Positions 51,104-64,000 of a DNA stretch of 64,000 nucleotides are shown piece by piece. Each line of letters begins with the position of its first letter. Position 1 is the first letter of the stretch. The DNA comes from Octopus vulgaris. Its lineage: Eukaryota. The translations under genes and the position numbers were made by a program. The stretch lies in contig OX597828.1 of assembly GCA_951406725.2 (NCBI GenBank), positions 33,852,001 to 33,916,000 of the forward strand. Reading direction: 5' to 3'. The notes below the pieces were generated by a model that made no database searches, had not been told where the DNA came from, and saw only the letters and a list, made by a program, of their open reading frames with translations.

Positions 51104-51770
51104 AACAAACACACTGACAACAGCTACAACATCAGCATCAACAACAGATAACGGTAAAGGTAATGTTTTCTTCTTGAACCATGCCAGGCTCATAAGGGCC
51201 AGTTTCCCAATTTCAATGGAGGATATAGTCCCCACCTGGACGGGAAGATAGTCCATCGCAGGATTACTCCTTTTTGCCAGCTGAGTGGACTGGAGCAACA
51301 TGAAATGAAATGTTTTGCTCAAGAACACAATGTGACACCCAGTCCAGGAACCGAAACCACAATCTTACAATCATGAATCCAACACCCTTAACCACTATGC
51401 CACATTCAACAATAGTTACAATCAACAAATTCAACATCAACAACAACCGCCAAGGGAGCCTTTATATGATTGCTCAACTGGCAAGAAATAGCAACCAAAT
51501 CTCCTTCAAATGAAGCTTTATCATATCAAAAGAGGAAGGACATCTTTAGGAAGACAGAATGTTCATAACTTGAGTGTTTTTACCAAGGCTCTCACCAATC
51601 AGGGCTGACCTGGGGTTAAATAAGGATAGCAATAAAACCACACCCAACAGTAAAGACACAAGCCAATAATGAGGCCTCCATATAGCAACAAACAATCAAA
51701 TAATTAGTAATAATTAGTAATAATTTAAGGAGATTTGGTTACTAATTTGAATAGACTAAACGGCTACGCA

Positions 51771-52130
51771 ATGTATGTGTATGTATGTGTGTATGTGTGT
51801 GTGTGTATGTACGTGTGTGTATGTATGTGCACGTATGTATGTATGTGTGTGTTATGTATGTGTGTATGTATGTGTAAGTGTATATGTATGTGTATGTATA
51901 ATGTATGTGCATATGTATGTATGTATGTGTAAATGTATATGTATGTGTATGTATAATGTATGTGCATATGTATGCATGTATGTGCATGTATGTATGTTTA
52001 AGTGTATATGTATGTGTATATATAATGTATGTGCATATGTATGTGTGTGTATGTGCATGTATGTATGTGTGTATGCATGTGTGTATGTGTGTATATGTAT
52101 ATGTGTATGTATGTATATATGTGTGTGTGT
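51771..52130. repeat. TATG/TG microsatellite with higher-order repeats
   Basis: Direct reading of the sequence. Confidence 0.93.
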
Positions 52131-52851
52131 AAAATATTTTCATAAAAATTAATAGTTTAATACTGTATACTTGTACTCATAGTTTTAAATATAAAAAGTT
52201 TGTCATCTTCAATAGAATTTCTTAATTGGCCGTATGTGTATATTTTAGCTAACATTTTAATTGCCAGCATCAATACCCAGTACGCATTTAAGATATGGTA
52301 CAGTAGGGTACGGTATCAAGGTATTTTAAATGAAGAGGGTGGTCAATGTGGAAGGAGAAGTGGCTAAAGGATGGGGGGGGGGGGCAATGCAGAAGGAGAA
52401 GTGGCTAAAGGGGGTCGATCGTCAAAAAAGTTTGGCGACCCCTGGTTTAGACAAATCTTTCAGAGAAGGAAATGCCAAAATAACCCGCACCTCGTTGCAA
52501 AACCAAAGATCTTGTTCTTATTTGTTCCTGGACTTCTTGGCTTTGGAGGTGAGAATCTTATCAGTGTTATGCAAGTTTATAGAACATCATCATCATCATC
52601 ATCATCATCGTTTGAGTGAGGACTGGCGAGCCAGATGGCTGCACCAGGCTCCAATCTGATCTGGCAGAGTTTCTACAGAGTTTCTGGATGTCCTTCCTAA
52701 CACCAATGCCAGTAAATAGTTTAATCTTGTTATTTTTCAGACTAAACTAACAATATACTAAACTATACATGAGATAAGGAATAGTAGGTTTGAGAGGAAA
52801 TTACATGATTAGAGGAAAAGGCAGTTTAAAGTTAGAGAATATTATGGTACG

Positions 52852-53244
52852 GGCGCAGGAGTGGCTGTGTGGTAAGTAGCTTGCTAACCAACCACATGGT
52901 TCTGGGTTCAGTCCCACTGCGTGGCATCTTGGGCAAGTGCCTTCTGCTATAGCCCCGGGCCGACCAATGCCTTGTGAGTGGATTTGGTAGACGGAAACTG
53001 AAAGAAGCCTGTCGTATATATGTGTGTGTGTGTGTGTTTGTGTGTTTGTGTTTGTCCCCCTAGCATTGCTTGACAACTGATGCTGGTGTGTTTACGTCCC
53101 CGTCACTTAGCGGTTCGGCAAAAGAGACCGATAGAATAAGTACTAGGCTTACAAAGAATAAGTACCGGGGTCGATTTGCTCGACTAAAGGCGGTGCTCCA
53201 GCAATTGCCACAGTCAAATGACTGAAACAAGTAAAAGAGTAAAA

Positions 53245-53247
<3 letters not shown>
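52852..53247 (+). mobile_element. Family A SINE, full length
   Basis: ggcgcaggagtggctgtgtgg...gactgaaacaagtaaaagag. Confidence 0.9.
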
Positions 53248-53279
<32 letters not shown>

Positions 53280-55653
53280 CGTAATATTATTGTTCCAAAT
53301 TCATGGGGATCTCATACTTTTTATTAAGATTAATTGCCTCAAAGCTTACAGGAGATATCAACTGAAAGCTTTCAGGGTTTATTCTATTTACATATAGTAA
53401 ACATGCCCAAATGAACTCATCCCAAAATATTCATTTGGTCAACTGTGCCTGCAAATGATGACATCTGAGGAAGCAAATGGACTATAGGATTATTATTATT
53501 ACATACTTCCATATATTACAGTATATATCACATAACATTGTATGAAATGTATAACATGTATGAGATATGGAATAAAAATATAGTGTTTATGGAAACAAAT
53601 TGTAATGTCGATTTGACTTCTCCCTTCCTCATTTAAATTATTACTTTTATTATTCACTCTGTGGGGCTTATATTAAGCCTACTGGCTCTTAACTTGGAGC
53701 TGTGTAGTGGTCACCCTTATATCAATTAAAGTCCAACTCTATTACATTTATTTGTGCCATTTGAGGCTCCTTCAACAATTTGTAAAAGATTTTCTTGTGA
53801 TCCAAACTTAAGTGAGTTGTTTATGTGTTAAGGTGTCATTTACTTTCACTTTCAGTACTGCATTGCAGATAACCATTGTGTTTAGCATTTAGGACAAGAG
53901 ACTTTGTCAGGAAAGGCCACGCTTGTCTGTGAGCTAGCAACTACAATGTGTGTGCGCGTGTGCATGCAAGTGTGTGTGTGTGTGTGTGTGTGTTATCAAT
54001 GGAGTAGTAACTCAGAATAAGAGCTGACCCAATTTAGAAGGGATTCTTTGGTCCTGCCACAGAAAACCTAAAGCCAGTGGCACAATTAAATACACACAAT
54101 CAATGCTGTCAGATGGTGGAGGTTCTCACTAGGAAAATACTTTAGAGCAGAAAGAAGTCCTACGAAAGAAAGAGCAAAGAGAAGCTAGCTGTATCAGACC
54201 AGTAGATGTTGTTGTTTAATCGATAGTTCAATGTTGACCAAGCTGCATTTATGATTGAATGGGTTCTAGCCATGACCATCCTGTCTTCTGGAATACATTT
54301 TCTAATGTTATCATTTTTTAAGTTGTTGAAATATGAATTTGAAGGAGACTTAATAGCTATTTCCTGCAGGTCAAGTAGCAATGTGGAAACTCTCTTATCA
54401 CAGCAAACATAAAGCTTATATGAACACTGAAGGACTCGTGATGTCATTTGAAGGATACCAGACACAGAAAGTAAATGGCAGAACCATTAAAGCGTAGTGC
54501 CCCAGTATGACCGCAGCTTTCAACCTGAAACTAGTCAGGGTTAAGAGTAGGACAGTTTAACCCTTTAGTGTTCAGATTATTCTGTCAAATGTGATGTTTG
54601 TTTATTTAAAATGGTTTGAGTTAATCCTGCATTATCTTGTAGTTTAGAGATTTCAGTGATGTGATTTTTTAGTTTTAGAATGGACATGGTAGGGCTGAGG
54701 TGAGAGGCAAGATCTGGTCAGTTTCAATATAAAACAGGTTAAATATTTTGGCCGGATATGGCCAGTTTGAATGCTAAAGGGTTAAGGCAGTCAACAGCAA
54801 ACTGAGACCCAGAGAACTTTCTAAGTAGCAGGAATTTTTTTAGTAGAGTGGCCCACCTGACGATGAGTCACATCTCATGCAGACTGCTTCTCAAAAAGGG
54901 CTGCCCTTGCCTGGTTTAGAGCAAAAACAAGCAAACTGACACCGTTGCTGTTCAGCCCAAGGTCAGTTTGAACAAGCCAAAACTGACAGTACACTATTCC
55001 AGCTATGACCATCATCTCCTTTGCTCTCAACGAGGACAACATTAACATGCCCCGACTGGCCTCCGTGCCGGTGGCACGTAAAAGCACCATCCGTTCGTGT
55101 CCGTTGCCAGCCTCGCCTGGCCCCGTGCCAGTGGCACGTAAAAGCACCATCCGTTCATGGCCATTTGCCAGCTCCGTCTGGCACCTGTGTGGGTGGCACG
55201 TAAAAAGCACCCACTACACTCACGGAGTGATTGGCGTTAGGAAGGGCATCCAGCCGTAGAAACACTGCCAGATCAGACTGGGCCTGATGCAGCCTTCTGG
55301 CTTCACAGACCCAAGTTGAACCGTCCAACCCATGCTAGCATGGAAAGCGGACGCTAAATGATGTTGATGATGATGATGATCCTCACATTTTTTTAATGTT
55401 TTCTCTTCCCATTCCTGGCTTTTTTTTTGGGGGGGGGGATATCTACAACAGTAGTACCTTCTGTTCCTTGAAGCTGGTTAATCTCATACTGCCACTACTC
55501 AGGCATGAGTAGTGGCATGACACACTTATCCCTCCTACTGTTAATCATTTGGTACTCTTCACTCAAGCCAGACTCAGTATCAATTGCCATTCTACATACT
55601 TCCTCCTCGGAATGCCTCTCCCCTGACATTTCTACTGTAGCAAGATTCAAAAC

Positions 55654-55717
55654 TGGCGTAGTGGTTAAGAGCACGGGCTACTAATCCCAAGATTCTAAGT
55701 TTAATTCCAGGCAGTGA

Positions 55718-55761
<44 letters not shown>

Positions 55762-56090
55762 TCTATCTATTTATTTATTTTTTATTTATTTATTTATTTA
55801 TTTTTTTTTTTTATGTATTAGACATTCACTAGTACAACACCAAAAAAAAAAAAAAAGAACCCAAATATATGGCACAGAACTTCCAACCTGTTGTCTCTTG
55901 AGGTCTCTGGGTGAGACTTGGAGCCAACTTGTACAGACATAAAGCAAAAGTCAAACATAGAATAATAATAATAATAATAATAATAACGATAATAATAATG
56001 ATGATAATAATAATAATAATAATAATAATAACATTGAAAAATACCTTAGGAGTGAGAACCCAGGTTCAAAATTTCCCCAAGGCACCTGAA
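55654..56090 (+). mobile_element. Family F copy, truncated at the hammerhead
   Basis: Head TGGCGTAGTGGTTAAGAGC..., AAT spacer with insert, body ending gcacctgaa. Confidence 0.72.
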
Positions 56091-56641
56091 TCAACGAATT
56101 GTCAAGTTAAAATCACAACTTAGTAACAGATTTTTCATGTGATCAGCTGAGTTATAGACAAACCAATAGTGAGACATTACGTAATAAATCATTTTAGAAC
56201 CCTCCAGAATATTCTCCTAACAAGACTTATAAATAGTCATGTTTCGAGTGCCAATCTTTAGTTTATGGCCACCCACAGCAAACCACATACTCATTTTGTT
56301 GCTTTTAATAGTTATTATCACAGCTCTTACTCAACCTCAATATGCCGCTATTGTTCAAAAGAATGAACTTAAAGTGTATATTTTCTCCTTACCTGGCATC
56401 TATCTCTTTTACTCTTTTACTTATTTCAGTCGTTTGACTGCAGCTATACTGGAGCACCACCTTTAGTCAAGCAAATTGACCCTAGGACCTATTCTCTGTA
56501 AGCCTAGTACTTATTCTATCAGTCTCTTTTGCCAAACTGCTAAGTTACGAGAACGTAAACACACCAACATCAGTTGTCAAGCGATGGTGGTGGGACAAAC
56601 ACAGATACAAACATATACATACATACATATATATATATATA

Positions 56642-56935
56642 TGTTGAGACCCCCTTCAGTTATGACTGACCATAGGATTGCACCTAGAAAGTTACCCTTC
56701 CAGGCACAAGTCCGGGCAAGGTTGTTTATGGAAGACCAGCATTTGCCCATGCATACCGGCCTCCCCTCTCCACGCCACCACTGTTATCCAAGGGAAAGGC
56801 AAAAGCCGATATAGCTTGGCACCTGTAACATCGCAACTCATTTCTACAGCTGAGTGAACTGGAGCAACGTGAAATAAAGTGTCTTGCTCAAGAACACAAC
56901 ACGCAGCCCGGTCTGGGATTCGAACTCACAACCTT
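56642..56935 (-). mobile_element. SINE with CORE-like block (related copies ~17060-17260, 51160-51405)
   Basis: Minus strand has B box GTTCGAATCCC followed by GTGTTCTTGAGCAAGACACTT. Confidence 0.6.
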
Positions 56936-58242
56936 ACGGTATATATATATAAAAAGATCCATCTGAACTTGGCCATTACCAGCGTTGCCTCAACTGGCCT
57001 CCATGCCAGTGGCACGTAAAAAGCACTCACTACACTCACAGAGTGGTTGGCGTTAGGAAGGGCATCGAGCTGTAGAAACACTGCCAGAACAGACTGGTGC
57101 CTGATGTAGCCTCCTGGATTCCCAGACCCTGGTTGAACTGTCCAACCCATGCTAGCATGGAAAACGGACGTTAAACAATGATGATGATGATGATATATAC
57201 AATGGGCTCCTTTCAATATCCATCTACCAAATTCACTCACAAGTCTTTGGTCGGCCCGAGGCTATCGTAGAAGACACTTGCCCAAGTAGCCACACAGTGG
57301 GACTGAACCTGGAACCATGTGGTTGAGAGGCAAACTACTTACCACACAGCCACTTCTGCACTTATTACTTACAGAACTTTTTTTTCAATCAACTATTTGT
57401 AAGAGTCATATATTATAATAGTCTTTCCAAAGTGTAAACTTTGTTGCTGCAGTTTCTAATTCATGACCAACACGAAAATTATGAAATAAGATTCTGTTAC
57501 TTGTTCACAGATGTTGTGTATTCATTATTCCAACTCATATCTACCAGCAACACATGTCTTCATCCTTTGTCTATTGTAGCAACCATCATCCACACCATTG
57601 TGGCACTTCTTTATTCAAAAAGAACATTAACTAAATTAATCTCGCTGGACTTAAAGGGCCTGCAAAAGCTATGAACATAGCTCCTTCCTTCAGACCAGAT
57701 AAATAAAGGGGCAGTGGGGAAGACAGCAGAGCGTGATTTGAGGGAGATTTTGGTTGTTATTTCTAGAAGCAACTTGAGTAAATGCAAATGTAGTGAGATT
57801 ACTCTAATCCACATTAGCCAATCCAGTTTAAATTCTCAAATGAAACCATACATTTGCTTTACAACACTTATCTTATTGGAGAAAGCTTAAAGAAATATTC
57901 CTACATCCTCCTCATCTCTCTGCTCCTCTGCTACCAAAATGACTAGTCAAAAAAATCTGAAGACGAAAAAACATGAAAAAAAGCAATCGATGTTCTAAGA
58001 TGTTTGTGAGTCAACAGGATTAGCGAAGCACCAAACTAGATATCTTTATGGTATTTAGGGTGATGAGTGACAAGAACAGTTATGAGAAGGATTAGATTCC
58101 TGGCAGTATTTAATGCCATTCCTTTTAGATGCTGAGCAGAAATCTCACTCATGTCTGTTTTGCTTTTCATCCCATGAGAAGGGGAAGGGATGCAGTAAAT
58201 CGAGTACCAGTGATACACTGGGGAATGAATTATATTATTGTA

Positions 58243-59063
58243 CCCACAGGCATATGGTGTAGTGGTTAAGAGCACAGGCTACTAATCCCAAGATTCCAAG
58301 TTCAATTCCAGGCAGTGACCTAAATAATAATAATGATAATAATAATAATTGCCCTGATGCAGTACCAGGCAGTGGCTCTCATGGCTGCTGATCTTAACTG
58401 ATTGGAAGTGTTATCATGAACATTGTTTTGTCTTGGTATAAAAGATGGGCTACAGCAAATATTCTGCTCAATACCACAGATTTGCTTGTCAGTTCTTTGA
58501 CCTTAACCAGTTGAGTATGTCCCTTAGTGGCTGACGATATGTACATCTCTGATCATGAGCAGAAGTAGTGGGGGAGCATCATAGCCGTGTGTTCAAAGGA
58601 ATTCTTAGAGGTTTGGATAATTCACTTTTGGAAACATGGGTGGTTCGTTTAACATCCTTAAACAACCCTTATTCAGGGACCTTTTTAGTGGGATGGGTTA
58701 CTCGATCAGAAGAAAATTCTAGCTGGGCCCTACCTGCAAGGTCATACGCTGTTTATCTTGATATGAGATCACCATCTCGTGCACATATGGTTGTGATGCA
58801 TGTGCCTAGTGTACCCTTATCAGGGGGTAGTCATGATGGGTATACTGGGCTTCGTATATTTTACCCCAGTGTCACTTTGATGGCATGCAATGCTCTCTCA
58901 CTCAATAATAATAATTATAACATCAAAACATACCTTAGGAATGAGAACCCAGATTCAAAATTTCCCCAAGACACCTGATAAAGGCTTGAGAGTATATCAG
59001 CCAAAACATTGCGTTAACAACAAACAAGATGAAGACAAATATCCATCAAATGTAAATAATGTA
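58243..59063 (+). mobile_element. Family F copy with family E insert; decayed hammerhead 58970-59015
   Basis: Same head, spacer, body and tail as the other copies. Confidence 0.78.
58349..58903 (+). repeat. Family E interspersed repeat flanked by (AAT)n (other copies 17827-18170, partial ~3800-3897)
   Basis: High similarity between 58562-58903 and 17827-18170; both end ctctctcactc(aat)n. Confidence 0.75.
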
Positions 59064-60770
59064 TATTGTACCCTTCCCTTAAAATTTATGGCCTTGTATC
59101 AAATTATTTCATATTTTCTTTAACTTCTACTGGGTTCATTCATGGGCTGTGGCCATGCTGGAGCACTGCCTTGAAGGGTTTTAGTCAAACAAATCAATCC
59201 CAGTATTTGTTTTTAAGCCTGACGCTTATTCCATCAGTCCCTCACATCAAACTGCTAAGTTACAGGGATGTAAACAAACCAATACCAGTTGTCACATACA
59301 TGCACACATAATTGATAATGACAGAAGCAGACTTCATACCAAATGGCAAACAACACAGTATTCTATGTTCTAACAAAATCCACTTTTAGTGAGAGTTAAA
59401 TATTATCTTATATATCATCATCATCATCGTTTAACGTCTGCTTTCCATGCTGGCATGGGTTGGACGGTTTGACAGGAGCTGGCCAGGCAGGAGCTCGCAC
59501 CATGCTTCTGTGTCTGTTTTGGCATGGTTTTTACAGCTGGATGCCCTTCCTAACACCAACCACCCAGCAGAGAGGACTTAGTGCTTTCTACGTGGCACAA
59601 GCACAGGCAAAGGTCTGTTTTGGCATGGTTCTTACAGCTAGATGCCCTTCCAAATGCCAACCACTTTGGAGTGTGGACTGGATGCACTTTACATGGCATC
59701 AACACTGGCAGGGTAACCAAATAACTTGGAGGAGGAAGACAAAGATCCTTCAAGAGGAGAGGGGACATTAGAGGGGGTGATTTTGTGTCAGACAGACAGA
59801 TATACATACATATACACACACATACACACACAATGGGCTTCTTTCAGTTTCCGCCAAACAAATCCATTCACAAGGCTTTGGTCAGTCTGAGACTGGAAAA
59901 GGCATTGACTGAACCTGGAACCATATGGTTGGGAAAGTTTAGCAGAAAAGTTAGACCATCAGACAAAATGACCTGAGGGCACTTGTCTGAGCTTTATGCC
60001 GAGAGTTCAAATCATACTAAGGTCACCTTTATCTTTCATGCCTCCAGGATCAATAAAATAAAATACTAGGGGCAATTTTATTTAATCAACTCCCCTCCAC
60101 CTCAAATTTCAGATCTTGTGTCTATGTTAGATCTCTTTCTTTTATTCTTTTACTTGTTTCAGTCATTTCACAGTGACCAAGCTGGAGCACCACCTTTAGT
60201 CGAACAAATCAACCCCAAGACTTATTCTTTGTAAGCCTAGTACTTATTCTATCAGTCTCTTTCGCTGAATTGCTAAGTTACAGGGATGTAAACACACCAA
60301 CATGGGTTGTCAAGCAATGGTGTGAGAACAGAGACACACACATAAATATATACATACATACATATGATATATATATCTTTATAGTTTCTGTATACTAAAT
60401 CCGCTCACAAGGCTTTGGTCGGCCCGAGGCTAAAGCAAAAGACACCTGCACAAGGTGCCACGCAGTGGAACTGAACCTGGAACCATGTGGTCGGGAAGCA
60501 AGATCCTTACCACACACCACTCTCTTCTCGCCCTTTCTCTCTATCTCTTTTGTTTCTTCTCTCTCAGTGAGCTGGGTTTATATCCCATCATGGCTAACTT
60601 CACCTTCCAACCTCTGGTTTCCTTAACTCCACTTCCACCCAAACTTCGAGATGCCTTTAAACTGAATCTATCCACTTTGTTACAAACATTCCAGTTAGGT
60701 ACCCGATCTGAGGCTAATTGCCCCTATTTCCAACTGCTGACCAGTTTTCAAAGTCCCTACAAAAAGATCA

Positions 60771-61177
60771 GGCGCAGGAGTGGCTGTGTGGTAAGTAGCT
60801 TGCTAACCAACCACATGGTTCCGGGTTCAGTCCCACTGCGTGGCATCTTGGGCTAGTGTCTTCTGCTATAGCCCCAGGCCGACCAATGCCTTGTGGGTGG
60901 ATTTGGTAGACGGAAACTGAAAGAAGCCTGTCGTATATATGTGTATATATATATATGTATGTATGTGTTTGTGTGTCTGTGTTTGTCCCCCTAGCATTGC
61001 TTGACAACCGATGCTGGTGTGTTTACATCCCCGTCACTTAGCGGTTCGGCAAAAGAGGCCGATAGAATAAGTACTGGGCTTACAAAGAATAAGTCCCGGG
61101 GTCGAGTTGCTCGATTAAAGGCGGTGCTCCAGCATGGCCGCAGTCAAATGACTGAAACAAGTAAAAGAGTAAAAGAG
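60771..61177 (+). mobile_element. Family A SINE, full length (further partial copies near 5420, 12620, 12850, 25975, 27400, 31845, 47680, 56405, 57200, 59130, 60140)
   Basis: Near-identical to 52852-53247. Confidence 0.9.
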
Positions 61178-61356
61178 AGAGATACCACACTGCTCTAAAC
61201 GTAAAAAGCAAAAACTGACCCCATTAAATAAATACCAGTGATAAACCAAGGTCAATTAAGCTGACTATACACAGCCTCCCAGGGGAAAATAAATAAATTT
61301 AAGTCTTGCACAAAGTCTAAAGAAATCAAGATCAAAGCAACAGCAGAGAGGCAGAT

Positions 61357-61389
<33 letters not shown>

Positions 61390-61899
61390 CAGAGGCAGAT
61401 AGAGGCAAGCAGACAGAATAAAATAAATAAATAAATAAATCTTGCAAGATTTGTCATTACAATCAAGATTTCATGATTGAAAACTGGTTGAAAGGGGGAT
61501 GCGGAGGGGGGAGGGGCGACAGGGCGGGGGGGGGAAAGGGTGGCAGGAAGGGGAATAGTGGTAGGAAAGGGAGGGGAGGGCAGCAGGAGGAGAAAAGGGT
61601 TGCAAGGAGGGTTGCAAAGAGGAGGAGTATAGTAGAGGATAAGGAAACCATTATCTTTGCTGTTGTTGTTGTTGTTGTTGTAGTGATTGTGGCATTGATC
61701 CATTCTTGAGATTATTGATGATGTTTCTTCACAAATAGTTCTGGTGGTAGTGTTTTAAGTATATTGGGAGGGAGTCAGTAAGTAAGGCAGAGGAGTGGTG
61801 GGAGGTGCTCGTGGTGGAGGGGGTAGTGGTGGTGGTAGTGGTGGTGGTGGTGGTGATTAAACGGTATTGTTAGCAATGAAGAGAGTGGTTGTGTTGGCA

Positions 61900-62438
61900 G
61901 TTGTATGTAATGTATATAGTGTGTGTATGTATGTGTGTATGTATGTGTGTATGTATGTGTGTATGTGTATGTATGTGTGTGTATGTATGTATGTGTGTAT
62001 GTATGTGTGTGTATGTAATGTATGTATGTGTGTGTATATATACGCATGCATGTGTGTATGTATGTATGTATATATGTGTACGTATGTAATGTATGTATGT
62101 ATGCGTGTATGTATGTGTGTGTATATATGTATGTATATGTGTGCATGTATGTATGTGTGTATGTATGTGTGTACGTATGTGTGTGTATACGTATGTGTGT
62201 GTATACGTATGTATGTGTATATAATGTATGTGTGTATGTATGTATGCATGTATGTGTGTATATATATGTGTGTGTGTATATATGTGTGTGTATGTATGTA
62301 TGAATGTATATAAAATATATGTGTGTGTATGTATGTATGTAATGTATGTATATATGTAAAATTATGTATATATATGTAATGTGTGTATGTGTGTATATAT
62401 GAATGCATGAATATATATGTAATGTATGTATGTAATAA

Positions 62439-62476
<38 letters not shown>

Positions 62477-62778
62477 AAGATAATGTATGTATGTAATGTA
62501 CATATGTGTGAATGTATGAATATACATGTAATATATGCATGTATATAATGAGTGTATATATATATATACGATAATGTATATATGTATGCATATATGTAAT
62601 GTATGTGTGTACAAATGAGTATGCATATAAGGTAATGTAATGCATGCATGTATATTTCTATGCATGTAATGTATGTACAAAGGAGTGAATGAATATGAGT
62701 TAATGAAATGTATTTATGAATGCAATGTGTATGCATATACGCATGCATGTGCGTGTGGTGTATAGTATATGTGCACAA

Positions 62779-62816
<38 letters not shown>

Positions 62817-62918
62817 ATGTGTGTCTGACTTGAATCTACCGGATTTCTTTTAAAATAAAACACTTAAATGTTTTCTTTGATTGTGAGACACTGTACGGGG
62901 GGAGGGTGTTGAGTAGTA

Positions 62919-62956
<38 letters not shown>

Positions 62957-63655
62957 TTGATGGTGGTGGCTATGGTGGAAAGCCTGAAAAACAATGGCAA
63001 CATCGTCTGCAGTATTCCCAGTTCCCAGTTCTCTGTAATAATCCGATCAGTTGAGATGGAACTGGAATATCAAGGAAGTCATTTGCATCAAACTAGAGAA
63101 TCACTGGCAGTGGTTGCAATGGTGTTAGTGTTGGTGGTGGTGGTGGTGGTGGTGGTGGTGGTGGTGGTGGTGGTGGTGGCGGTGGTGGTGGTGGCGGTGG
63201 TGGTGGCGACAGCAGCAGTAGCAAGCAACATCTGTGTCTGTGTGCATAATGGTAGCAGTAGTGGTGGTGGTGGTGGTGGTAGTAGTGGTTGTCTTTGGTG
63301 CTGGTGTTGAAAATGATTTTGATGATGATGACTATAGCAAATGATGGGGATGATGCTGATAGTACCAGCTGTAATGACAGTTGTGGTTGTGATGACGATG
63401 ATGATGATAATGTGGTAGTGGTGATAGTAAGGGTGGTACCATTTGTAATAATACTAATGGTTGTGATTGTGATCATGATGACGATGATGGCACTAGTTAT
63501 AAAGGTGGTGGTGGTGGTGGTACCAGTTATAATGATGCTTATAGTTATGATGATGATGACTATGGCCGCAATGATGATGATGGTGAGACAGGCACTTGAA
63601 GACGGTTATAATTGTGGTGGTGATGATGATGATGGTCACAGTTGTATTGATTATG
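61900..63655. repeat. TATG/TG followed by GGT/GAT low-complexity tracts
   Basis: Direct reading of the sequence. Confidence 0.9.
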
Positions 63656-64000
63656 GTGGAGACGCAATGGCCCAGTGGTTAGGGCAGTGGACTCGCGGTC
63701 ATAGGATCGCGGTTTCGATTCCCAGACCGGGCGTTGTGAGTGTTTATTGAGCGAAAACACCTAAAGCTCCACGACGCTCTGGCAGGGATGGTGGTGATCC
63801 CTGCTGTACTCTTTCACAACTTTCTCTCACTCTTACTTCCTGTTTCTGTTGTACCTGTATTTCAAAGGGCCGTCCTTATCACTCTCTGTGTCACGCTGAA
63901 TATCCCCGAGAACTACGTTAAGGGTACACGTGTCTGTGGAGTGCTCAGCCACTTACACGTTAATTTCACGAGCAGACTGTTCCGTTGATTCGGATCAACC
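63656..64000 (+). mobile_element. Family B SINE, cut by window edge
   Basis: Near-identical to the reverse complement of 5839-6225. Confidence 0.9.

Noticed and set aside
41943-61007. Recurring ORFs starting [10 protein letters not shown] and similar, resembling a gene family
   Set aside because: Antisense translations of family A SINE copies.
46703-63750. Many long ORFs rich in Y/I/H/T/C/V/M (46.7-47.3, 49.4-50.2, 51.7-52.2, 61.8-63.7 kb; also 38.4-38.7 kb)
   Set aside because: Stop-free by virtue of simple repeats; no domain signal.

Overview
Repeat-rich, AT-rich metazoan genomic DNA. The SINE, microsatellite and RTE content suggests a coleoid cephalopod such as Octopus, but this is an inference. 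One large minus-strand gene spans 636-50435. It encodes a Roco/LRRK-family protein (ankyrin repeats, LRR, ROC GTPase, COR). I reconstructed 20 coding exons by hand, all with GT-AG boundaries and consistent phases (4907 nt, about 1635 aa). The gene continues past the left edge, where the kinase domain is expected. The introns hold several tRNA-derived SINE families, RTE, R4/Dong-like and CR1-like LINE fragments, a Penelope-like GIY-YIG fragment, a solo LTR, Helitron/HINE elements, piggyBac-type MITEs, Tigger and Tc1/mariner remnants, long palindromes and microsatellites. The most interesting observation is a dispersed short element (5 loci) that joins a tRNA-like Pol III head, an (AAT)n spacer and a minimal type I hammerhead ribozyme, often as an inverted dimer. 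It may be a SINE mobilised by Penelope-like elements. A second observation is that two normally conserved Arg sites of LRRK, including the LRRK2 R1441 equivalent, are encoded as Gln codons that A-to-I editing could convert back to Arg.
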